The position numbers and the translations under genes are program-made. A stretch of 64,000 nt of DNA, taken from contig NC_092677.1 of assembly GCF_964355755.1 (NCBI RefSeq), positions 208,101-272,100 on the forward strand, written 5' to 3'. The stretch's first letter is position 1; each line of letters begins with the position of its first letter. The notes under the pieces are model-generated. The model made no database searches. It saw nothing but the letters and a program-made list of their open reading frames with translations, and had not been told where the DNA came from. Positions 40,733 to 64,000 of the stretch are shown piece by piece. The stretch comes from Antedon mediterranea. Lineage: Eukaryota; Animalia; Echinodermata.

Positions 40733-43700
40733 ATGGAAGATACCATGTTACAAAGTTCTGGTAAAATTATCAGACACAATACTCAGTTATTGAAGGATGA
40801 CATTGACATTATGAAGGACAGTCTTGATGATAACAGACCTAATACTTCAGAAACACGTTCATCTGAAGAAAGCAGGTTAATGGATGGATCACCTGATAAA
40901 TATGAAGATGCAGGGTCAGAGGGCAGCATTGAAACCGAGAAACAGTATCAGGAAGATCTGAAAGAACGAGTTAAACGATCATTTGCAGAACTTGGATTGA
41001 ATCCTGATGAAATTCCTCAAAATAGGGAAAGGTCAATAAGCCCCACAGATTCACTTGATAAAGATTATAAAGACAATGATGAAAATGATGATGTATTGAG
41101 AGATTCTATTGAAGATAATTATAAACAAAAAGAGGACAATAATAAGTTTGTAATACCAAAATATGAAGCATATCCAGCTGGGCCACAGCCGGTTGAAGAT
41201 AATAAGGAAGAATTAAATAAAAATTATTCTACTGAGAAACAGGAACAGGTGTTACAATACAATAACAACAATTCAGGAGGAATTATAGATAATGATAATG
41301 ATGAAAATGATAATTCTGATTACCAACATCACACTACATTACCAATTAATGATTATTTACAACTTGGGAAAAACTCTGGAAACAGCTTGCAGCAAAACCA
41401 AGAAACTAATCAACATTTCTCTGGACTAAATCCACATGTTGAATTGAACAGTAGGACAAGATCAGCAGAAAAGACATTTTCTCCAGTGAATAGTCCTGTT
41501 AGTGTCAGCAAGCCACCATCAGGAAAAACTATTATTTCATCTGCTTCTAAAAAAAAGGAGAGTAAGAATGATTTGGTAGAAACACTTCCTGGAGGTGAAA
41601 AAGTTCGAGTTGAGTATATATCTGATGATAGTGGGGATGATGATGAACATTATGTTGATGAAAAAGGAAGTCCAATTCATTTTGATGCGGATGCAAAGGA
41701 GAAGGCACGTCAACAAATGTACAAAATTAAACCAAGACCTCCAGCCACACCTGTAGATTCAGCTAAAAAGTCAAGTCAATTGAGGCGGTACTCGCTTGAG
41801 AGACAGAAAACACCATCCAAAGATCAATTGAGTACAGATGCTGGGATACTAAGTATAGAAAAGGTGCCAGACAGCTATGAGGAGCCACTTATTACAACAT
41901 CCCATACAGCTGGCTCCGGACAGCTTGATGGATCCATCCCAAATCTAATGAATGATGATACTAGCAGAAATGCTTCAGCATTGTCTGAAAAAAGTGCTGA
42001 AAGTACAAGAAAATTTGTTGATGCTGAGGTCTATGCAAAGCTACAGTTGAAATCACAGCAGAAGATAAAAAATAGAGAAGCCTCAACAGACAGGAAGAAA
42101 GGATCTGGAAAAACTCATCAAACAACATCAAGACATTCTTCAAGTAAAGGTGTAAAAAGTGAAAGACCATCAAGAAACACATCTACTAGTAAGATACAAA
42201 GGCAATTAGAGGACAAGAGAAACACCCCACTTCCAATTAATAATGATAAGCATTACTACAATGAAAACACTCATACAGATACCCAGTTAGAAAATGAAAG
42301 AGTAAAAGTGGAAAGTGATCACAACCAGCAAAATGATTCACTTGTTGAAGGACAACCTGTAGCATCTGAAATGCCTTATAAGCAACAAGAATACCAGCAA
42401 ACTGTGAATCAACAAAGTTATGCAGGCCATATGCAAAGTCCTCAAAACCCAGCCCATCCCATACAACCAGCATATCATCAACTAATACCTGTGCAGCAGC
42501 AACCACAACATATTCCTTATTCTCAGATTCCATATCAAGGACCAGTGCCACAGTTTCAGTATCCTCCAGGAACATATCAGGGACCAATCCAACAACAACA
42601 CCATCCTGTACCTTACCATGGTCCTTTGGTTTACCAATATGGTAACGGGAGTCAAATTTACCAATCGAATCAACAAAATCAGCTTAATTTACATAATCAT
42701 CAACATAATCAAAGTGCAGTGAACTTCATGCCTTCATATCCTGATAACCAATTGATACATCATGCCAACCAAAGCCAACAACAGGGACAGCTGGCATTTC
42801 ACAGTTCACATATGTACCCAAGCCCACATCCTGCACAGCAGCAATTTTATCAAGAACTACAGCATCAACAATACCAGCATATGAGTCACCCACAAATGAA
42901 TGTGCAATTTGGAATACAGCATTTTGAGCAGCATCAGCAGCAAGAAGAAGAGATCCCACCTCTTGACCTGAGAGGCATTGATGAAGATTACCCACAGCAG
43001 CAGGCACGGAATTCACCTCAAGCAAATGTGTCGAACAGAAAGAAAAATATGGATAAAATTAATTTCATTGAACAGAATAAAGTGAAATTGAGGAAGGATT
43101 TGCCACAGAGAGGTTATTTAGATAGATATAAACAAGATATTAATCCAAAGAAACCACTACCATCAATATCAAGGACTAATTCAGAAGACAGTTACGATAA
43201 CTGGCCACAAACAGAGGATGAACAAACATGGATCACAGATCCTGGAACAGATAGGAGGCGTTTTATGGAATTACCACGGCAGCAGTCGGATACAGCAGTA
43301 CGATACTCCAATACAGATCTTAGAAATTCATTGTCAGATAATCAGATTCAGAGTGCTCCTGTTGATTTTCAAACAAGAACATTACATCATCCACATCATG
43401 AAAGTGAATCACCATCCTGGCCACAATTCAACACTGATGAAGAATCCCACATTCAGTTTACCAGCTTTTCAGCGGATCATGCTACATCGTATGCCCGCAT
43501 GCAGTACAAGCCAAAGGTCATGTCAAAGTTCGAAAGCAGTCCGTGGTCATCAATACAAAGACCAGGGCCATACCCAGTTCTGCCAAACATTACAGATACA
43601 GGTAAGTAGACTAATGTTCTATTTAGATAATAATAGTGTACACTATTAAGAGAGGTTCTCTAACACCATGTCTAAAAGATTTAAACAAATGATCATCTGA

Positions 43701-44473
43701 TTTAATCACCCTCCTAACATGGAGTGGATCTTACTGTACATTTGTTAGTCTGTGTAACGGTAACCTAACATTTCTTTTTTTTTATTTAAACACAGATGAA
43801 TTACGTAAAAGTGAAGACGGATATCTTGCTAAATTACAGAAAGCTAAAAAAGAACCGCAATATAAAAAGTATACTCTTAAAGATTACCAGAAACTAAAAG
43901 TAGACACCAGATTAGGAGGCTTAGGTCCAGATACTGAAGCAACTCAAGAAAAGGTAACCATTAAAAATGAAAAAACTTTTGAGAATTAAATGCACATGAC
44001 TTCACAAAGTAATATTTGTTATGTTGTTTATAACTACCGTAAATACATTATCTTTACAGAAAGAAAAATCAAATCGCCAAAGAGAATATGCGAGACAAGT
44101 CATGATTAAAAACCGCAAAGCATTCAAACAGTTGAAAACACAAAATTGGATGCCATCGCCAGAATCACCTCAGGAAAAAGGACCGACTAAAAGAGATATT
44201 GTAAGTTTTTACATAAATCAAATAAAGGAAGATGCAATAAATGTGGAGAAATTGTAAAACAATGTACATATTTTTTAGGCTATTGAATACTCTAAGAGGG
44301 TTCCTAAACCACGCTTACCAACACCACCTGAAGAAAAACATGAAAGGATATATGGTGCATCAGACAGAAATGTTGATACCACAAACGAAATGAAACTGTT
44401 AGAACAGTTACGATTACGTCATGAGAAGGAAAAACAAGAAGTGGAAAAACTCAAAAGTGAAATACGAACTTGA
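40733..44473 (+). CDS. JHY: JHY (C11orf63)-like ciliary protein; exons 40733-43601, 43796-43953, 44060-44200, 44279-44473
   Basis: Long low-complexity N-terminal exon, then YKKYTLKDYQKLKVDTRLGGLGPD, RQREYARQV, AIEYSKRVPKP, LLEQLRLRHEKEKQEV matching the conserved JHY C-terminal domain as I recall it. Confidence 0.85.
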
Positions 44474-45321
44474 CACTCTTGCAACAAATGGAAACTTGAT
44501 AAATGCATTTCTGAATTTAGTTGGGTTAATCAGTTGACATAATGACACCAATTAGTTGTATTGGAACATTGTTTTTGTAACATTGTTTATGTATGTATTT
44601 TATTAATTACTGTACAGTATTTTTCAAAAAGTCAACATTGTTTTTCTTGCATGTTTACACGTTGAAGTACAGTAAATCTATTTTAAAATAATTTATTGGA
44701 TTTTAGTAAGTTCTTGATAATTTTTGTGTTTGTCATACTTAGGATAATTATAGTTCTGTATAAAAATATTGTAAAAAAAAATTATACCACCTAAATAATG
44801 TAAAGTATATTATATACCTTGTATTCCAAATGTTTAATGTGTAATGTTCCTGGTAAGTTGCAATAAGTGACATTTTCTAAATGGACTATGTAAGCAGTGC
44901 GAGATTAACAGTTCTGTAGGCCTACAGTCAGTACTACCTAAAGAATGTGTTGGGGGAAAATAATTTTTAGTACAAATCTAGTGTAAGAAAAGTGCTACTC
45001 TATAATAATAAATATTGTTTATAGAAAAATTACCAAATTTAAAAGATACAAATTAACTTTAAATCAGTATTAAAAAAATATAGGTTGATAAAAAATGGGC
45101 AATGAGGAATGATACAAATTTGTAAAGTGTTTAGGAATACTAAACAAGTTGATATATAAATAGTTGTACAAGGTGTACACCACGTGTACTAGATTTGTGA
45201 AGTTGTCGGCGGGCATTTGCTCATTACTTGTTCTTCCATCTTTTCTTGCCTTGTAAATCAACCTGAATAACATGTACTATGTTGATGATATAACGGTTTT
45301 TTTTATGTTTTGTTCATTGCT

Positions 45322-45597
45322 TAATTCTCACAATTTGAAACATTCATGATGTGGTTTTGTTAATTCTCACAATTTGAAACATTCATGGTGTGGTTTTGTT
45401 GATTCTCACAATTTGAAACATTCATGGTGTGGTTTTGTTGATTCTCACAATTTGAAACATTCATGATGTGGTTTTGTTGATTCTCACAATTTGAAACATT
45501 CATGATGTGGTTTTGTTGATTCTCACAATTTGAAACATTCATGATGTGGTTTTGTTGATTCTCACAATTTGAAACATTCATGATGTGGTTTTGTTGA
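45322..45597. repeat. Minisatellite, 39-bp unit
   Basis: ATTCTCACAATTTGAAACATTCATGATGTGGTTTTGTTG tandem copies. Confidence 0.95.
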
Positions 45598-46907
45598 TAC
45601 TGAAAAGAATAATCATCTTGATATCAAGTTTGCATTACACCATATTAATTCTGAAAAGACATTTCAGGAAAAGGAAATCTCTCCTGAGGACGATCAAAGC
45701 ATATTGATCAAAACGTTTAGAAACTCAGAACAGAACTAGTATACGTGGTGTAACGCAAACTTTATATCAACATTTTGCCATGCAGACCTTCAAACAATAT
45801 AACATTATGTTGAATAACTACACATAGTACAACAAGTTGCAAATCATCACATTTATAAATATTGCCTAATGAGGGCGCTCCATAACAGGTTTCTTACTAA
45901 TACTCACTGCTTTTGATATAATAATTTATATAATTATCTTTATTTTAATTCGGCTTTACAAAATCCATGCAAACTGAACAAGTTAACAAAATTATTTTTT
46001 AGAAAACCTGTTAAATTTTTCTCGGCTTTCCAAGGCATCGTTTTGGCTATTTATCTTATTTCATTCGAATACAATATTTTTTTCTCATATTTAACATTAT
46101 AATAATCTTGCAAAATAATAACATCTTTTTTTATCACGCTTAGAACATCTTAATTCATTACAACAATAAATTGATAAAGCAATTAGTTTAAATAACAAAA
46201 TATGCTAGTCCCTAACATAATTATATTTATAAAACATAATAAGATGTTTACACATTGATAACTAAGGATGAGAACTAAACAAGCAACATGACATTTTACT
46301 CGGAGTTAGTGTTTAAAACAGCCAAATGGGATTTGTCTCTATGAATTATTTTAAAATAAAAACCTTTACAGCACCGAATGCCTGGCAATGAAATGTTACA
46401 CAAATACAATGACAAAAAAACTGATAATGAAATATAAATATAGTAAAGATAATGTGTGCAAGGTCACAAAACTGGCATGGTCCCATCCCACAGAAGGGCA
46501 CATTTTCTAGTTTCCAGCAGATAACATAAAATTGAATTAAGTTAATTAAATCAGTTGTCCCACTGGAAAATTTCTTTTTTTTTTAAAGTATTCTCAATGT
46601 ACTTAATATAAAGTACAAATTACGTCAGAGTAGGGCAAAATATCTGACCAATTAAATCAGTTGTGTTGATAATGAATTTAGTTATAAAAACGGACAAAAT
46701 AAAATGCTACTGAACATTGGTAGAGTAAAATTGATGGTGATCATTGTAAACTTGTGTAACGGTACAGTATAATTTGGAATTATTAAGAATATTATTAATA
46801 ATGTTCAATTGATTGACATTTGTCTCATTTCTTGTTTATATAATGTATACATTAATGTGTTCATGCTATGTGTACATGATTGTCACATTCCTCATTTGGG
46901 ACTAAAC

Positions 46908-47035
46908 TTAGGTTAGGGACTAAACTATTGTCATTATGTAGGTTAGGGACTAAACTATTGTCATTATGTAGGTTAGGGACTAAACTATTGTCATTATGTA
47001 GGTTAGGGACTAAACTATTGTCACTATGTAGGTTA
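46908..47035. repeat. Minisatellite, 30-bp unit
   Basis: GGTTAGGGACTAAACTATTGTCATTATGTA x~4. Confidence 0.9.
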
Positions 47036-47584
47036 ACATTGATTAGACAATTCATTTCATAAGATAAATAGATCACTTGATTTCAATGAATGTTCAAAAA
47101 CACTGAAATAGTGACATTTTTTTTAAACTTTTGTTTTAAATGAAAATATTAAATTTTCAAAATATTCAAAATTCCTGGTATTTGATCAATTCCAGTATAA
47201 ATAATTGAATTATTGCCTTAATTTTCAAACCTTTCAAAATGTACACAATCTAAAATTACGACTTTTATTCCGAATAGGCCTATGTAATAACAATTTCAGC
47301 TTAAATTCATTTATTCTGATTAAAATGCATTTTATTTTTCATGATACATTAATTCTACCCCACATGAAAATAAATTAGAAATAGATGCACCATAACATAG
47401 CACCAATGATAAACAACTCATTTAAAAATAAATAAAATAATTAGCGTTGTTTACTTATTTAAGCCTATCCACACTTAAAACATCATTACAATTCAAAACA
47501 ACAATAATAAAATTCAGTGAGCTCTGACAAAATGTTGGATATCACTTATTAACCAGGAATATTTGATTCAATTACTATTTATTA

Positions 47585-47925
47585 TGATAAGTCACTTGTT
47601 ACCAGACCACATTAGAGAAATGACTTTATGATAAGTTACTTGTTACCAGACCACATTAGAGCAATCATTTCATGATAGGTCACTTGTTACCAGACCACAT
47701 TAGAGCAATCATTATTATCATAATAGGTCACTTGTTACCGGACCATATTTCATGATAACTCACTTGTTACCAGACCACATTAGAGCAATCATATCATAAT
47801 AGGTCACTTGTTACCAGACCACATTAGAGCAATCATTTCATGATAACTCACTTGTTACCAGACCACATTAGAGCAATCATTTCATAAGTCACTTGTTACC
47901 AGACCACATTAGAGCAATTACTTTA
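47585..47925. repeat. Degenerate minisatellite, ~43-bp unit
   Basis: TCACTTGTTACCAGACCACATTAGAGCAATCA recurs with indels. Confidence 0.9.
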
Positions 47926-48883
47926 TAAACAACTCAATAAAAATTACCAAACAAAAGACGCATAGAAGACTTCTAATTACAAAAGTAAAGCTGAAACTCG
48001 ATTCACACATACAGCACAAATGTAAAGTGTAACCAGCTGCTAGATAGATATCTCTCGGGATGTTCTTTTCGTTACTTAACGCTTTCATACGTTACTTTGT
48101 ATTGATGTAATGTAAACGTTGTGTAAAAAACAGATTAGAATAATATGCGTATATGCTCTGAGATGCCATTGTGCTACATCGATGTAATCATTACAGGGCT
48201 CACTGAGGCCTGTACAGATTACCGACTTGTTTTATGTGGATGTTACACGGAAACACTTTTTTACATTTTTTTTGCTTTGCATACATGTTAATCGGGTTTA
48301 CAGTAATCAGTGTATGTATTAAGTCGATAATCAAGCTTCCTCCCGGCTTCTGAATAAGTTTTCACATGCTTATATCACTAAATCGGTTAAAAACATTGTT
48401 GACAAACTATTATAATTTTTACATACTTAGTTTTACCTTTCCAATACATAACACAAGTATACTTCTCAACAGATGTTATGGTTACAAGTTAAACAAGTGT
48501 AAATTAAAAAGTACATTTTTTGTATGTTAATGGAGGAGGCTGATATGATGGGTTGCATAGCTCAAATTACAAGGCGTATATAACAAGTACAGCAACTGAA
48601 AATCATCCTACTAATCCTTAAATCAAAATAACAAAATTTATAGATCCAATGTATAAATCATTTGTTATAATACAATAATTGATATAAAAATAATTATTAT
48701 CATACATAGCCCATCTAGCCTATAAGTTAATCATTAGTTAGGCATAGTGGATTCCACTTGGAATCAGAATCTTGTTTTTTTTTCTACTCTCTATTTTGTT
48801 TTAATGTGTTACACACTGGGTTCGCTAGTGAAATCAACTGACTGTGTTTAGCTTACATACTGTTGTGTGTTCATTGAGGTTAG

Positions 48884-48986
48884 TAGGTAACCAACTGAGG
48901 TTAGGTAACCAACTGAGGTTAGGTAACCAACTGAGGTTAGGAACCAACTGAGGTTAGGTAACCAACTGAGGTTAGGAACCAACTGA
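48884..48986. repeat. Minisatellite, 17-18-bp unit (TAACCAACTGAGGTTAGG)
   Basis: Direct tandem copies. Confidence 0.9.
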
Positions 48987-50323
48987 CTGTATAAACCACA
49001 CTTGGTAAACATGGGCTTATATTCAGGCCCAACATGGGCTTATATTCAGGCCCAACATGTAGTACGGGATACACTTAAATTGATTACAAATTTCTTTAAA
49101 TATGGGTTTTAACAAGCTTGAAAAATGAAAATAGTATTGAAATTGGTTGTGTAGTTTGATTAAAATGTGTGCAGTTTGATTAAAACTGACATTTCAATCT
49201 TTTATAAGATTATATAATCTTTTAAATAATAAATGAGAAAGTCCAGCTTCTTTATAATAAAACAAGAAAAGAATAAAGGTATGTAAATTACAATTTAGAT
49301 AAATACTGTTGCACTAACATTAATTATCAAGTTTCTCTAACAAAAGCTATTATTAGAAAGATAAAAACTACAAAACAGTCTATAAAGTCATTTTTTTACG
49401 ATTGGAAAAAATTACTTTCAAAAGATAATTGAGGTAATTTGATTACACATTTGATAGAAACAGATTTTAAAAATCCAAATTTAAAAGCCAGTCTTGAAGA
49501 CAAAGATACTGTCATTTCATTTGTGTTGAAGTTTCCAGTCTATTCACTACTGGAAGATTCTATGAATATTAAATTGAATAAACTAAATACTGTTAAAACA
49601 ATTTAAATCGTCTGTGTTTTCTTTTTTATTTTAATTTATCCAATATATAGTAGTAGTCATTTAACAAGCAATAGTTGCAAATTACAAACGTAAAAATTCA
49701 GTTTATTTCAGTTTGGTTTATATCTAGATTAGAAGCAAAATTAAGGCAGCAAAGGTTGTTATATAAACGCATTTTGATTTAGCTGCATTGAATAACAATG
49801 TAGCTACAATTTAGGCACAATGTAGCCACAATGTAGCCACAATGTAGCCACAATGTAGCCACAATGTAGCCACAATTCAGCCACAATGTAGATGGTATGT
49901 AGATGCAATACAATGACAGAGGGGGTCTATTTGATGCTCTTATTGACACTGTCATACCAAATATCTCAAGTCACTTCAACACTATTCAAAACCAAATATG
50001 ACAACATCTCCAAAAAATAAAATAATAAACATCAGCTCACATGCTCATCCAGTCGTAACATAACTCCAAATTCAACACTCTCTCATTGAAATAGTACCAA
50101 ATAATCCCACTTAAAACACCCAGCCATCAATCAAACTCTACACCTATAATTAAAACCATTTAAATTCAATTGCATTCATCTTAGACCACTACAATAAAAT
50201 AACTTGCACACTTCATCCATCTCAGACTTAAACATCAATAATAGCACCTTTAAAATCTGTTAACCCAATGTCACAATTACTACAATACTAATTTACATAT
50301 TAACTTATATATACTATATATTT

Positions 50324-61096
<10,773 letters not shown>

Positions 61097-61882
61097 TTAG
61101 TCATTCAAAGTAAAGTACACATTATCAATCTTTACTGTGACACATACTTCCTCTCAAAATTCCACGAAATTATATTTCTTTTAAAAAGCAAATCGTAGTA
61201 AAATATGTTTATATATAAATATAATTTAAGCAAACCCAAAACGTAATGGTAATGTTGAGTAGTGTCTTAAATGAGTAAGATGCGGTTGAGTGATTAATCT
61301 GGTGGTATTGGTGCCCGTTCATGCTTATTATTTACCCGGGTCCGGCAGTTAGTTTCTACCCACAAACGTCAGCGGTAATTATCCGGGTAAATTACTAAGC
61401 ACAGATCTAAGATAAAATATTTCCACAGGCATTCTTCAACAATGATAATTAAATAATAATGTTTATAATAAATATATATTAATAATACAATAATAAAGCC
61501 TAAGAAAGAGTTATAAATAACTGATAGGGTTTTTTTTCGTCCTTTTTTTTTTAGTAATAATTACATTAATAATATTTTCATTTATTAAACAATTAATTTC
61601 AATTTTCACAATACATAATGTTACTACAACATTACATAGGCCTATATTGTTTTTTAATACGTTTCTACAACTTAGAAGTGTCAACGCCCTCTATGTTTTA
61701 GCAATCAGTGCGCGATATACACAACCGGAAACGCGTTGCTGTGCGTATCGATAGTGCGTAAACTGACTATTTCGCGTATCGGAATTGCGTATAATACCAA
61801 GGAACGCAAGCAAACAAACAGTGTAGTTACCAGTTGCCTGGTGATAATTAAGTAATAATTAATTTAATCGCCGCAAGAAAAA

Positions 61883-61911
61883 ATGGGTAGACCTATTTCT
61901 GAAATAAGCAA
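61883..61911 (+). CDS. Possible first coding exon of a gene divergent from SIK3 (MGRPISEISK...)
   Basis: AAAATGG start followed by a GTAGGA donor-like site, downstream of a CpG-rich stretch with ETS-like CCGGAA and X-box-like GTTGCCTGGTGAT; no downstream exon identified. Confidence 0.3.
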
Positions 61912-62421
61912 GTAGGACCCATGCCCTAATTATTTATATTAAAGTGTTTTCTTGGATTCCCGTAAATGACCTATTATTATTATAAGTAAAAATGATCGAT
62001 GTTAATTATTCTGCTCGGCTATGAAAACGAGAGCCTGTCTACCTCACACTCACGCAAAACGCGTCAGTCTTGATTTAACATGACGTCATCTTTTGATTGA
62101 GGTCAACGCATTATGCACGTTCGTAAAATGTTTGTCTTCTAACTATGACGTCAAAGTGAACGTTTCAATAAAATATTATTGAATGATGAAAGATTGAGAA
62201 ATTATTCAGCGAAAAATGTAATCCATTTGTCATATCATGCGTAATTTTAAACTAAATATAATTTAGAATTTTTTTCTTTTAATTCATTTGATTGTCTAAC
62301 TGATTGTCACCGTGTATATTCTGCAAATGCTAGGCCTGAATAAAGTTTATCTCACAAAGTATTTAACCATATAGCATATACCTAGCATTCAAGTAAGCTG
62401 AAAATTCTAACGAATTGTATG

Positions 62422-63530
62422 ATTTATTTTTAGGTGTATATATTCATGAAAACCTCAAATGGACCAGTCATCAAAATTACGTTTCGAAAAAAATATCAAG
62501 ATCTATTAGTATTATTAACAGACTTAAGCACTTCTTCCCTCTAAATATTTTAATTTCTCTTTATAACACACTTGTACTTCCTTATTTCCAGTATTGTAAC
62601 ATTATTTGGGCTGCAGATTACTCTTCTAATATTGCTAGATTAACTAAATTACAAAAACGTGCAGCTAGAATTATTACTTTTTCACCATATAGAACCTCAT
62701 CTGAACCCCTTTTTAAACGTCTTGGTATATTAAAATTAACGGATATCCACAATGTTCAAGTTGCCAGTTTTATGTTTAATTATTTTAAAAACCAACTTCC
62801 TATTTCTATGATTGATATGCTCTGTAAACGTACCAAATTTCACAATTACAATTAAAGAACTTCTCATTTAAACATTCCTTTTGCTAGACTTACAAAAACT
62901 AAATTTTTTATTACTATATCAGGTCCTAATTTGTGGAATCATATCCCACCAAATATCAAAACGTCAATATCATTATTTACTTTCCGAAAAAAGTTAAAGA
63001 ATCATTATATATCTAAATATTATACTGCTTAGTTAATATGCTTATTATCATTATTTATACTCACTATTTATGTCTTACACAAAATATTAGTTGTTGCTTA
63101 TTATTGCAATCTTTAATCTATACTATATATAATGTATATATAGTATATACTATATATATACTGGAATTATAATTTATGTATACATATTTTTTTTTCATTT
63201 ACCAATATCGGTAGTTATTTCATTTATAATTATCATGAAACTATTGAAATATAATTTAAATAATTTGTATAAAGAAGATGTTAGTTATGTTATTATACTG
63301 TAATTTTTTATCCTAAATTATATAATTATATATTCTAGGTTATTTTTATTTTTTTAGTAATGTGTTTTGTTATGGGTCCCTACGAGACAAGTTTTTAACT
63401 TCTAGAAGGGATCCATGATAATAATGACTACCAATTACTGCTTTATCTATGTTCACTTTAATATCTTTTTTCTATTTTGTATATATTCATTCATTATTAT
63501 CTAAATAAATATTATCTGAATCTGAATCTG
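62422..63530 (+). mobile_element. 5'-truncated LINE (L2/CR1 group): ORF2 C-terminus plus 3' UTR
   Basis: FLGVYIHENLKWTSH...LYNTLVLPYFQYCNIIW...LQKRAARII is the post-RT ORF2 region of CR1/L2-group LINEs; ends AATAAAT plus (TCTGAA)n; GAATTGTATG flanks both ends (62412, 63530) as a candidate TSD. Confidence 0.9.
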
Positions 63531-64000
63531 AATTGTATGGCACGCGTCTAGTCGAATTGTATGATTCATTGTATATATCGCGCGCGTCTAGTCGTATTGT
63601 CTTTCATTTATATCCACATTGATCCTTGCCATGATTGATCATCTTCTCATTCACCATATAAACCTATTACATGATTACATGATAGCTAAATAAATATTGA
63701 AAAGAATTGAATTGAATGGCACTGTTTTGTGTTCTTAGACACATGCGGATGCCGTGTTTTGTATAGCAGCTCTTACTACCTGACGCGCGATGCCGGGCTA
63801 GATAAACAAAATAATTTAATACATAAATATAATATTTCTATATTTGATAAGCAGAGTGAATATCTCTATTTTGTAAGATTGCCTTTGTTTAATAAAAGTG
63901 AATTTGATGGCTTTCTTCATTTTTATTTAGCAGAATTTCGTATCCGTTTATGACTGCTTTCGTTCGCAATAACAATAAAAAAAAACGGCCAGACAGGATA

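Noticed and set aside
41961-43649. Antisense and alternate-frame ORFs within JHY (likewise within the LRR, DCAF8 and ATP1A exons)
   Set aside because: Shadow ORFs of real coding exons with no recognisable motifs.
46908-47035. Interstitial telomere (TTAGGG)
   Set aside because: Only one TTAGGG per 30-bp unit, not a (TTAGGG)n array.

Overview
AT-rich, gene-dense eukaryotic (metazoan invertebrate, plausibly deuterostome; inference) genomic window with GT-AG spliced genes. I reconstructed 10 protein-coding genes by hand: TLCD5/TMEM136-like, an intronless LRR-Ig-TM receptor, UBA52, DCAF8, PSMD9, ATP5PF, Na+/K+-ATPase alpha, MRPL41, JHY and SIK3-like. The window also holds many MITEs, a tRNA-derived SINE, LINE 3' fragments and intronic minisatellites. 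The most notable signal is in the Na+/K+-ATPase alpha gene. It carries two tandem 210-nt homologous exons (candidate mutually exclusive exons) encoding M1 and the H1-H2 cardiotonic-steroid-binding loop, with different residues at position 111 (Ala vs Glu), plus two alternative first coding exons. Also notable are a SIK3-like kinase ending in a MARK-type KA1 domain, repeated tandem duplication of exon ends and splice sites, and an LRR-Ig receptor with ITIM-like and YxxM tail motifs. Gene names rest on recalled protein motifs, no database search was run, and all splicing is inferred from sequence.
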